In this document: one piece after another, positions 53,700 through 64,000 of the stretch
How the letters are laid out: each line of letters opens with the position of its first letter
How positions within the stretch are numbered: position 1 is the first letter of the stretch
Source of the DNA: Pristiophorus japonicus
Taxonomy: Eukaryota
Direction: 5' to 3'
Length of the DNA stretch: 64,000 bases
NCBI RefSeq assembly: GCF_044704955.1
Contig: NC_091979.1
Span: 15,314,001 to 15,378,000, forward strand
Position numbers and translations under genes: made by a program
Notes under the pieces: model-generated
Database searches by the model: none
What the model was told of the DNA's origin: nothing
The model's input: only the letters and a program-made list of their open reading frames with translations

Positions 53700-56600
53700 G
53701 TATACGAATCCAACGCAAACTGTGGGCATCCTGGAGAAGTTCTTGGACGGTGAGGACTGGGAAGCCTATGTCGAATGGCTAGACCAGTACTTTGTAGCCA
53801 ACGAGCTGGACGGAGAAAGAAGCGCTGCAAAAAGGAGAGCGGTCCTCCTCTGCGGGGCACCGACCTACAGCCTCATGAAGAATCTTCTGCCTCCGGTGAA
53901 ACCCACAGATAAGTCGTATGAGGAGCTGTGTACACTGGTTCGGGAGCATCTTAACCTGAGGGAGAGCGTGCTGATGGTGAGGTATCGGTTCTACACGTGC
54001 CAGCGACCTGAAGGTCAGGAAGTGGCGAGCTACGTCGCCGAGCTAAGGCGACTTGCAGGACAATGTGAATTTGATGGCTGCCTGTAGCAGATGCTCAGAG
54101 ACTTTTTTGTACTGTGCTTTGGCCACGAGACCATCCTACGAAAACTTTTGATTGTAGAGACACCGACCCTCAGTAAGGCCATTGCAATAGCACAGGCGTT
54201 TATGTTCACCAGCGATAACACCAAATAAATCTCTCAGCACACAATTGCTAGCAATGTTCATAAATTAACTGGAACTGTGTTTGCGAGCAGAAATGTACAG
54301 GGCAGAAACCATGAGTCTGCAACTGCCAGCAGGCCTCAGTTGACCCAGATGACTGAGTCTGCAACAAAGGATGAATGCAAGGCAATTCACATCTTGTTGG
54401 CGTTGTGGAGGCTTCAATTCAGCCTATTCATGCCGCTTCAAAGGGTGTGTTTGCAAGAGCTGTGGAACAATGGGGCACCTCCAACAAGCTTGCAGATGAG
54501 CTGCAAGCTCTGCAAAACCTGCTAATCACCACGTGGCAGAGGAAGATCGGTCCATGGTGGATCAAAGCAATTTCGAGCCTCAGAGAGATGAGGCAGATGC
54601 TGAAGTAGACGGGGTGCACACATTTTCGATGAAATGTCCCCCTATAATGCTAAACGTTAAATTGAATGGCTTACCCGTAGCCATGGAACTGGACACTGAC
54701 GCTAGCCAATCCATCATGAGTAAAAAGATGTTTGCGAGACTGTGGTGCAACAAGGCACTCAGAGCAACCCTGAGCCCCATCCACACGAAACTGAGAACGT
54801 ACACCAAAGAGCTCATCACTGTCCTGGGCAGCACCATGTTCAAGGTCACCTACGAGGGCACGGTGCATGAACTGCCACTCTGAATTGTCCTGGCAATGGC
54901 CCCACACTGCTTGGAAGGAGCTGGCTGGGCAAAATCCGCTGGAACTGGGATGACATCCGAGCACTATCACATGTCGATGAGGCCTCATGTACCCAGGTTC
55001 TTAACAAATTTCCTTCCCTTTTTGAGCCAGGCATTGGAAACTTTTCCGGGGCGAAGGTGCGGATTCACTTGGTCCCAGAGGCACGACCCATTCACCACAA
55101 GGCGCGAGCGGTACCTCACATGATGAGGGAGAGAGTGGAAATCGAGTGGACAGGCTGCAACGCGAGGGCATCATCTCCCCAGTGGAGTTCAGTGAGTGGG
55201 CCAGCCCGAATGTTCCAGTACTCAAAAGTGATGGCCAGGATTTGTGGCGATTATAAAGTAACTATTAATCGTTTCTCGCTACAGGACCAATACCCGCTAC
55301 CTAAGGCAGACGACCTATTTGTGACGCTGGCAGGAGGCAAGACATTCACCAAGCTCGACCTGACTTCGGCCTACATGACGCAGGAACTGGAGGAGTCTTC
55401 GAAGGGCCTCACCTGCATCAACACGCACAAGGGACTGTTCATCTACAAAAGATGTCCATTTGGAATTTGGTCGGCTGCAGCGATCTTCCAGAGAAACATG
55501 GAGAGCCTACTCAAGTCGGAACCACGCACAATGGTTTTTCAGGACAATATATTGGTCACGGGTCAGGACACCATCGAGCACCTACAAAACCCGGAGGAGG
55601 TCATCCAGCGACTGAGTCGCGTAGGGCTGCGGCTGAAGAGGTCGAAATGCGTCTTCATGGCAACAGAAGTGGAGTTTTGGGGGAGAAAGATTGCGGCGGA
55701 CGGCATTCAGCCCACAGACGCCAAGACAGAGGCTATCAGTAACGTGCCCAGGCCACAGAACATCACGGAGCTGCGGTCGTTCCTGGGACTCCTCAACTAT
55801 TTTGGTAACTTCCTACCGGGGTTAAGCACCCTCTTCGAGCCCCTACATGTGTTATTGCGTAAAGGTGAGAACTGGGTATGGGGGAAAAAACAAGTAATTG
55901 CTTTTGAGAAAGCCAGAAACATTTTATGCTCCAACAAGCTGCTTGTACTGTATAACCCGTGTAAAAGACTTGTGCTCGCATGTGATGAATCGGGTGTGTA
56001 TTACAACAAGCTAACGTTGCGGGGAAGTTGCAACCTGTCGCCTATGCCTCCAGGAGCTCGTCTAAGGCCGAGAGGGCCTACAGCATGATTGAGAAAGAGG
56101 CATTAGCGTGCATGTTCGGGTTAAAGAAAATGCATCAGTACCTGTTTGGCCTCAAATTTGAGCTGGAAACCGATCACAATCCTCTCAGATCCCTGTTCGC
56201 TGAAAACAAGGGGATAAATACTAATGCCTCAGCCCGCATACAAAGGTGGGCACTCGTGCTGTCAGCGTATAACTATACCATCCGCCACAGGCCAGGCACC
56301 GAGAACTGTGCGGATGCTCTCAGTCGGTCACCATTGCCCACCACGGGGATGGCGCAGCCTGCAAACTTGTTGATGGTGGCGCAGCCCGCAGACTTGTTGA
56401 TGGTCATGGAAGCGTTTGAAAATGATAAATCACCTGTCACGGCCCGCCAGATTAGGACTCGGACCAGCCAAGATCCTCTGCTGTCCCTAGTAAAAAACTG
56501 TGTACTGCATGGGAGCTGGGCCAGCATCCCCGTTGAAATGCAAGAGCTAATCAAGCCGTTCCAGCAGCGAAAGGACGAGCTGTCCATTCAGGCAGATTGC

Positions 56601-57666
56601 CTGTTGTGGAGTAACCGCGTAGTGCTACCCAAAAAGGGCAGGGAGACGTTCATCTCGGATCTCCACAGCACACACCGGGTATAGTAATGATGAAAGCGAT
56701 AGCCAGATCCCACGTGTGGTGGTCCGGAATCGACTCTGACTTAGAGTCCTGTGTACGGCAATGCACCGTGTGTGCTCAGTTGAGCAACGCGCCCAGAGAG
56801 ACACCACTAAGTTTGTAGTCCTGGCCCTCCAGACCATGGTCGAGGATCCATGTCGCCTATGCGGGCCCGTTTCTCGGTAAAATGTTCCTGGTGGTGGTGG
56901 ATGCTTTTTCAAAATGGATTGAATGTGAAATAATGTTGGGAAGCACCGCCACCGCCACCATTGAAAGCCTGAGGGCCATGTTTGCCACCCACGGCCTGCC
57001 TGACATACTGGTCAGTGACAACGGGCCATGTTTCACCAGTGCCGAATTTAAAGAATTCATGATCCGCAATGGGATCAAACATGTCACCTCGGCCCCGTTT
57101 AATCCAGCCTCCAATGGGCAGGCAGAGCGGGCAGTACAAACAATCAAACATAGCCTTAAATGAGTCACACAGGGCTCACTCCAAACCCGCCTGTCCCGAG
57201 TACATCTCAGCTACCGCACGAGACCCCACTCGCTCACAGGGGTGCCCCCAGCTGAGTTATTCATGAAAAGGACACTTAAAACCAGACTCTCGCTGGTTCA
57301 CCCCAACCTGTATGATCAGGTAGAGAGCAGGCGGCAGCAGCAAAATGTAAACGATGGTCGCGCCACTGTGTCACGGGAAATTGATCTGAATGACCTTGTG
57401 TATGTGCTAAACTATGGACATGGTCCCAAGTGGATCGCGGGCATGGCGATAGCTAAAGAAGGGAGTAGGGTGTTTGTAGTCAAACTAGACAATGGACACA
57501 TTTGCAGAAAGCACCTGGACCAAACGAGGCTGTGGTTCACAGACTGCCCTGAACAACCCACAGCCGACACCACCTTTTTCGAGCCCACAACACACACCCA
57601 AACGATCAACGACACCACGCCGGACCAGCAAGGGCACAGCCAACACACCAGAAGACATTTGTACTG
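53700..57666 (+). pseudogene. Gypsy gag-pol, multiple stops and frameshifts
   Basis: Gag DWEAYVE/LRRLAGQCEF, zinc knuckle remnants, protease MELDT, RT ICGDYK/KLDLTSAY/FQDNIL, RNase H ACD/YSMIEKEALA/ETDH, integrase VVVDAFSKW/VSDNGPCF/SNGQAER. Confidence 0.93.
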
Positions 57667-57754
57667 AGGTGGTCCACCAGGGAAAGAAAGGCTCCCTACC
57701 ACCTCACCTTGTAAATAGTTTTCACTTTGTCTTTGGGGGGGGGGGGGGGGCGAG

Positions 57755-57962
57755 TGTTGTTGTGTAAAGCATGCACTCCCATGTTCTGCCACCAGGGAGC
57801 GCATCCCCTGAAGTCCCAAGGGATCCCAGCAACCCTTGGGAGCACTGTATATAAGCCGGCCCCTGAGGCCTGTTCCTCACTCTGGAGTGTCTTATTAAAG
57901 ACTGAGGTCACTGTTACTTTAACCTCCCTGTGTGCAGCCTCATCTGTGTTAGGAACAGAACA
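57755..57962 (+). repeat. 3' LTR
   Basis: TGTTG...AACA termini; ~14 substitutions versus the 5' LTR over ~200 nt by hand count. Confidence 0.93.
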
Positions 57963-60552
57963 CGGACAATATGGCCCTTCCATCAGAGTTGATCGAGCGT
58001 GGTCAATCTTTTGTTACATCTCTAATGAAAGGTCATTGACCTGAAACATTAACTCTGTTTCTCTCTCCACCGATGCTGCCTCACCTGCTGAGTATTTCCA
58101 GCATTTACTGTTTTTATTACATTTCTACAGTTCTTTTCACAACCTCAACTAGAAAAGCGTCCCAAGGCGCTTCACAAGAATGTTATAAAACAACATTTTG
58201 ACACCGAGCCACATTCGGAGAAATTAGGGCGGGTGACCAAAAGCTTGGTCAAAGAGGCAGATTTTAAGGAGCGTCTTAAAAGAGGAAAGAGAGGCGGAGA
58301 GATTTAGGGAAGAAATTCCAAAGTGCTTTACAGCCAATTAAGTACTTTTTGAAGGGTAGTCACTGTGGCAGATTGGCTGTCGCGTTTCCTATATTACAAC
58401 AGCGACTATACTTGAAAAAGTACTTCATTGGCTGTAAAGCGCTTTGGGATGTCCTGAGGTCGTGAAAGTTCTTTCCTCATCAGTTAAGTTGTGATGAGGG
58501 TTGGTGTGACTCTCCCTTCCCGCTCACCTGTTGCTGGGGAAGCCTAGCTTTGTTTACGGCAGGTATAGAAACTGCAGGAGCCCCGGTGCCTGCATTCCGC
58601 ACTAAGTGTACAGTCTGATCAACACAAGGAATGTAGTATTGCAGCAACCGATCACCTCTCCTCCCCTTCCCACCCCCAGCCAGCAACCTTATGCCCCATC
58701 GCCCCCCCAGCCCCCCGCCCCCCTGTGCTTTCAGTCTCCTTGGATTAGTTTTGCTTTTTGCATCAATACCGTGTGTAATATTGCTCCTGTGGTCGCTTGA
58801 AGAGATTCTATATTCTTGCCGTGCAAATATTTCGTTACAAAGCCCCATTAAGTATTTGCTATTCGGTTGTGCATTCCATTGCCTCTGTGGGGCCAGCTTT
58901 CATACTGCATTTAAAGGATTATTTTACTGGGTGCCAGATATGTTCTGAGGCAGTTGAAAAGGGAGGGAAGAAGAGGCGGCAAACTGTTGCTGGGTTTCAA
59001 TTCCAATAAGTCACGGATCTGTACATTTAAAGTTCAGTGGTAAGTCGTTGGTGCGGGCCAAGGCCAAAGCACTCCGCTTGACCGGCACACCATCCACCAC
59101 CTTACAACTTCACTCCCTCCATCACCATGTTCCGTGGCTGCAGTGTGTACCATCTACAAGATGCACTTCAGCAATTCGCCAAGGCTTCTTCGGCAGCACC
59201 TTGCAAAGCTGTGAATTCTACCACCTAGAAGAACAGAATAGATAAGGGGGAACCAGTGGATGTGGTGTATTTGGATTTTCAGAAGGCATTCGATAAGATG
59301 ACACACAAGAGGTTATTTGCATAATTAGGGCTCATGGGATTGGGAATAATGTACTAATATGGATTGAGGATTGGTTAAAGGACAGAAAACAGAGAGTAGG
59401 AATAAACAGGTCATTTTTGGGTTGGCAGGCTGTAACTAGTGGGGTGCCGCCTGGATCAGTGCTTAGACCTCAGCTATTCACAATCTATATCAATGATTTG
59501 GATGAGGGGATCAAATGTAATATATCCAAGTTTGCTGATGATACAAAGCTAGGTGGGAATGTAAGTTGTGAGGAGGATCCAAAGAGACTTCAAGGGGATG
59601 TACACAGGTTAAGTGAGTGGGCAAGAACATGGCAAATGGAATATAAGGCTCAATTTTCCCCAATCCCGTTTTTTGGCATATTGCCAGAGTTACGCCCATT
59701 TTTCTTGGCCTCAACTACTCCAAAAAAAAAGTAGCAAGTCTCCCTGTTCAATTTTTTGAAATTGGCGCCGCACAGCCTGCCCTGTAGCCTCGAGAGGTGG
59801 AGCCAAATGTCTCCGCCGAAAAAAACGATGCTCCTTCTGCGCATGCGTGAGAAAAAAAAAGGATGTTTTTGACGTGATTCCCATGTGCGCGCATGTCCGG
59901 TTCAGCTCCCGGTCTGCATTCGGCCATTTTTAAAGAGCCAGTTGTGTGTGAGAACTTTAATGCTCATTGGAAAAATCAGAGCTGCAATACAAGGTACAAC
60001 ACAACGCAAGGACCAAGAATTTCTTACAGGACGAAGTGGAGGCACTAGTTACTGTGATTGAGGGCAGATGGCATGAGCTAGACACCAACAGAGGTCACAT
60101 AAAAGTTCCACCCAAAGAAATGAAGAAACACTGGAACCAAGTTGCAGAAGATTACTGTGTAATGGTGACCACCCTGAGATCTGGAGGCCAGTGCAAAAAG
60201 AAATGGCAGGACCTTGGTAAAGTAGTTAGTGTAAGTAATGTTTTCATTTATTCAATGCAATTGCAATTGTAAATGTGACCAGTGGTATATGTCTCACCCG
60301 GCAGAAAGACACCCTCTCTAAAAAGTTATGTTTTCATCTTTGCAGAGGAAAGTGGCACACAACCAACGAGACAGAACTCGAACAGGAGGAGGCCCAGCAA
60401 ATCTGCACCCATTGACACCCTTGGAAGAGAGGGTCGCTGCTTTGATGGGTCCTGCCTGGAGAAAAGCAACCACCACTGCACAAGCCCACATTCGAGGGAG
60501 AGGGTATGTCCTGCAAATTCCACAGTTTGGCTTTGCTAAATGTTATTTTCTA

Positions 60553-61067
60553 ATTGCTATTGAGGGAGTGCAGCGAAGGTTCACCAGACTGATTCCCGGG
60601 ATGGCGGGACTGACATATCAAGAAAGACTGGATCAACTGGGCTTGTATTCACTGGAGTTCAGAAGAATGAGAGGGGACCTCATAGAAACGTTTAAAATTC
60701 TGAGGGGTTTCAACAGGTTAGATGCAGGAAGAATGTTCCCAATGTTGGGGAAGTCCAGAACCAGGGGTCACAATCTAAGGATAAGGGGTAAGCCATTTAG
60801 GACTGAGATGAAGAGAAACTTCTTCACCCAGAGAGTGGTGAACCTGTGGAATACTCTACCACAGAAAGTTGTTGAGGCCAATTCACTAAATATATTCAAA
60901 AAGGAGTTAGATGAAGTCCTTACTACTAGGGGGATCAAGGGGTATGGCGAGAAAGCAGGAATGGGGTACTGAAGTTGCATGTTCAGCCATGAACTCATTG
61001 AATGGTGGTGCAGGCTCGAAGGGCCGAATGGCCTACTCCTGCACCTATTTTCTATGTTTCTATGTTT
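60553..61067 (+). mobile_element. CR1 3' fragment in intron 2 of the Myb gene
   Basis: EGVQRRFTRLIPGM...WNTLPQKVVEA; tail tttctatgtttctatg. Confidence 0.93.
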
Positions 61068-61478
61068 AATTACTGCGCGGACTAGTCATGCTTCGGTTCA
61101 TCGGGATGTCTCCGTCAACTATGCTTCGGTTGATGCAATGTGCTATCATTCATCGTGCGGCCTGCGCTGTGTGAGCCTACTCATGACACCCACCCTGCCC
61201 CCTCCTCTGCTGCTAACCATTTGTCTGTTCTGTTATATTTTGCAGAACTTGAGGACAACCCTGACGATGCAGAAGAAGATTCAGACGCAGATGAGCCTGA
61301 AGAGGAGAACATCTCCCAATTCCACCTTCCAGACCAAGATCATGGGGGGGAGGGGGAGGTGATGGATGAATCCCCTACTGTTGTACTCACTCTGGAGGAA
61401 GTGCAGGTGCCTCCCATTGAGGTGCCAGCCCCTTCCTTGAGTGGTTTGAGTGTTGGTGGGATATTCCATGGTTTCCCA

Positions 61479-61688
61479 CCGTCCAAGGCTGGGGATTCTA
61501 GTGGGGAGCAGCGAGGCACACCCAGGGCCCCACCGCCCCAGGCTGTGGGTCCCAGTAGGATGCAGCAAGACACATCCAGGGCCCCACCATCCGAGGCTGC
61601 GGGTCCCAGTGGGGTGCAGTGAGGCACACCCAGGGCCCCACTGTCCCAGGCTGCGGGTCCCAGTGGGATGCAGCCAGCCACACCCAGG
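61479..61688 (+). repeat. 54-bp coding tandem repeat, ~4 units
   Basis: Unit ~ccg tcc gag gct gcg ggt ccc agt ggg gtg cag cga ggc aca ccc agg gcc cca. Confidence 0.85.
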
Positions 61689-62516
61689 GTGAGAAGGGGA
61701 AGGAGAGCTCGACAGCGCTCTCCTGAGGTGCAGGATATAACAGATGTGGTTCAGATGATGGCAATGAGCGGGGAGAGCATTGACCTTACCCGATCACTCC
61801 TGGACACCATCAGTGGGGTGGGTGATGAGGTATCAGAACTGTCGGGAGAAGTAACAGCACTCACACGAGAAATGGGAACACATTAGGGAGGGAATGTCTC
61901 AGTCAGCCGAAACAATGTCAGTGAACATGAGGGAGGGAATGTCAGAGTTAGCTGCTGCAATAAGGGAACACGCCCAGACCCCGCGTCCATTGACAGAATC
62001 AACTGCCACTCCCACTCCAATCCCCAGACCAGCCTCTGAAGAGGCCCAAACCGGGCCCTCCACATTACCGCCTCCACCCCCGCCCCCCCCCACAAGAAGT
62101 GTGCATTATCCAAGATGTTCGATAGAATAAGCTTGGTACCAACCCGAGAAATGCTGCGGACAGGGGTGGAGTCATCAAGACCAAGCGCAGCGAGCGGTCT
62201 TAGAATAAGGTGGAGGAGAGATGGGTGCCGCCTTTCTTTGCTGCAATTGTTGTTGTTATTATTGTTACTGTTGTAACTGTTCTCAAATTAAAAGTTTTGT
62301 GTAAGTTATATAAATTTACAAGTTTACAAGTTTGTAAGTGATCTTAAAGTTTTTAGGTGATCTTACAGTTTGTAAGTGATCTTAAAGTTTATTAACACAA
62401 CTTTTTTCAAGTAAACAAGAATCATTTCCATCATTTGTTCCATTAACACAACACAACATTATGGAACAGGTCCAAACAGTAAACATGTTCCATGTGGAAT
62501 AGTTGCCGCTGAGCCT

Positions 62517-63706
62517 TCAGGCAGCAAAGCGTTCATGGATGAGCTGCTGGCGCAAGGCTCGAACAATCGTTAAAGGGGCACGACGGCCCGCCCAACTCCG
62601 CCATCGTGCTCCGGGTTCAGGTAGTTACATGGCTTCCTTGTCCTCCTCCTCCTCGTTATCTGCATCTTCTCATCATCATCAGCCACTCTCACCTCAGGTG
62701 GGTCTTCTACTACCAGCTGTTGCTGCCTCATGATGGTTAAGTTATGCAGCATGCAACACACAACAGTGAACTGACCGACAGTCTCAGGGGAGTATTGCAA
62801 GTAGCCTCCGGAATGGTCCAGGCATTGGAAACGCTGTTTCAAGATACCAACGGTCCTCTCTATTATACTGCGCGTCGCAATGTGCGACATGTTGTACTCC
62901 CGGTCAGCTTCCGTCTGGGTCACGTGTAGGGACGTCATGAGCTAGGTGGTGAGGCCGTACCCTTTGTCTCCCAGAAGCCAGCTCTGCCCTTCTGGCTGCT
63001 GCTGAAACATGGCAGATATCACGCTCTCGCATAGGATGAACGCATCATGGGTGCTCCCAGGGTATCTTGCATCAACTGACATGATGCGATGCATGTCGTC
63101 ACACATGAGCTGCACATTAATGGAGTGGAAGCCTTTTTTGTTCCTATACATCTCGGAATCCTCCAAATGTGCTTGCAAGGCGACATGGGTACAATCAATG
63201 CAGCCCTGTACCTTTGGGAAGCCAGCAATCCTGGAGAAGCCCACAGTCCTTTTATGCATTGCCTGCGTGGTCATGGGGAACTCTATGTAGTCATTCCTCC
63301 AGGCATATAGTGCAGCAGTCACATGCGGAATGCAGATATGTGTTGCATGTTGAGAAATGGCACACACATCCCCAGTTGTAGCCTGGAATGATCCAGATAC
63401 ATAGAATGAAAGTGCAGCTGTAACCTTCACTTCAACTGACAAAGCAGTCCTCCTGATGCTTCTAGGTTGCAGGTCTGCTTTTACTAACAGATCTCAGTTA
63501 CAACTTCTTTGTGGAAACGCAGCCTTCTGACACAGGTGGAGGTACGAACGCCTGTCTTGATATACCCGACATGGGTAAGGCCTCCTGCCCATCACCCTAC
63601 GTGCTCTGAGGTTCCTCATGCGATGATGTCGAATGAATTGTCTCCTCCGAAGCACCATCATGCAGAAGGCTTGCGCAAGGTATGGCATTGTCAGTATTTC
63701 CCCCAT
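62517..63706 (-). pseudogene. Harbinger (HARBI1-like) DDE transposase, disrupted
   Basis: GCIDCTHV, NKKGFHSINVQ, PGSTHDA, LLGDKGY, YN..H..TRSIIERT.GILK.RF and CCMLHN; in-frame TAG at 62942-62944 and frameshifts. Confidence 0.93.
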
Positions 63707-64000
63707 GATTAGATTCTACCTTTGCAAGAAGCTCAAAATGGCAGGCACAACAAGGTTCTTTGTTCTCTCTTCCCAAGGTCGACACCCTAGTATGGACCAC
63801 ACCCAGGTCTGAGAGGCGCAATGATCGGGAAACCCTACTCGGCATCATTTGATGCGTAGTGTAGGCTTCTCATGCCTTCCGTTCGCCTTCCACAGCACCC
63901 CCCAGGCTTCTTTTGAAGCCATGTTTGGGTGAGGGACTGATTCTGCCGGCCGACACTCCGATCCTCGAGCCCGGATTGGAGACGTTCAGTGGTGGTGTGT

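Larger units (their letters stand above)
53478..57962 (+). mobile_element. Full-length decayed Gypsy LTR retrotransposon
   Basis: LTRs 53478-53688 and 57755-57962, PBS TGGCGACGAG (53691-53700), G-rich PPT, 5-bp TSD cagac/cggac. Order gag-PR-RT-RH-IN. Confidence 0.96.
59967..62202 (+). pseudogene. Harbinger Myb/SANT-like DNA-binding protein gene, 3 exons (..60230, 60346-60503, 61246-~62202)
   Basis: R..NF...EVEALV / W.QVA / RS..QCKKKWQDL, then RTRTGGGP, then an acidic region. GT-AG sites at 60231, 60345, 60504 and 61245. Frameshift and stops; start codon uncertain. Confidence 0.85.
59647..63815. mobile_element. PIF/Harbinger DNA transposon (two-gene, decayed; right end not identified in window)
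   Basis: Begins GGCTCAATTTTCCCC immediately after ...gaataTAA in a CR1 host. Carries convergent Myb/SANT and DDE transposase genes. Confidence 0.9.

Noticed and set aside
62517-63706. Domesticated HARBI1/NAIF1-like host genes
   Set aside because: In-frame stops, frameshifts and a TIR-like end inside a CR1 indicate a dead transposon.

Overview
Vertebrate genomic DNA. The repeat content (dense CR1 LINEs, a SacSINE1/AmnSINE1-type DeuSINE, RTE, L2 and Penelope remnants) suggests a cartilaginous fish. The window holds two intact, tandem, minus-strand alpha-tubulin genes with the canonical 4-exon layout (ATG-only exon 1; 223-nt and 149-nt internal exons). Gene A has exons 23812-23814, 11447-11669, 11159-11307 and 7200-8174 (449 aa). 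Gene B has exons 44157-44159, 38006-38228, 36441-36589 and 31234-32217 (452 aa). The rest is mostly nested transposons: two young CR1 copies, a decayed full-length Gypsy LTR element (53478-57962), a decayed two-gene PIF/Harbinger transposon (59647 onward) with related non-autonomous elements, RTE 3' ends, a structured RTE-tailed SINE-like family and a Tx1-like fragment. The most striking observation is a CR1 copy in intron 3 of gene A with dense, sense-strand A-to-G hypermutation, which looks like a fossil of ADAR-hyper-edited RNA reverse-transcribed into the genome. Also notable are patchy gene conversion between the two tubulin genes and a candidate alternative first exon (MAARPPL) that would remove the MREC autoregulation motif. 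All alignments and counts were done by eye.
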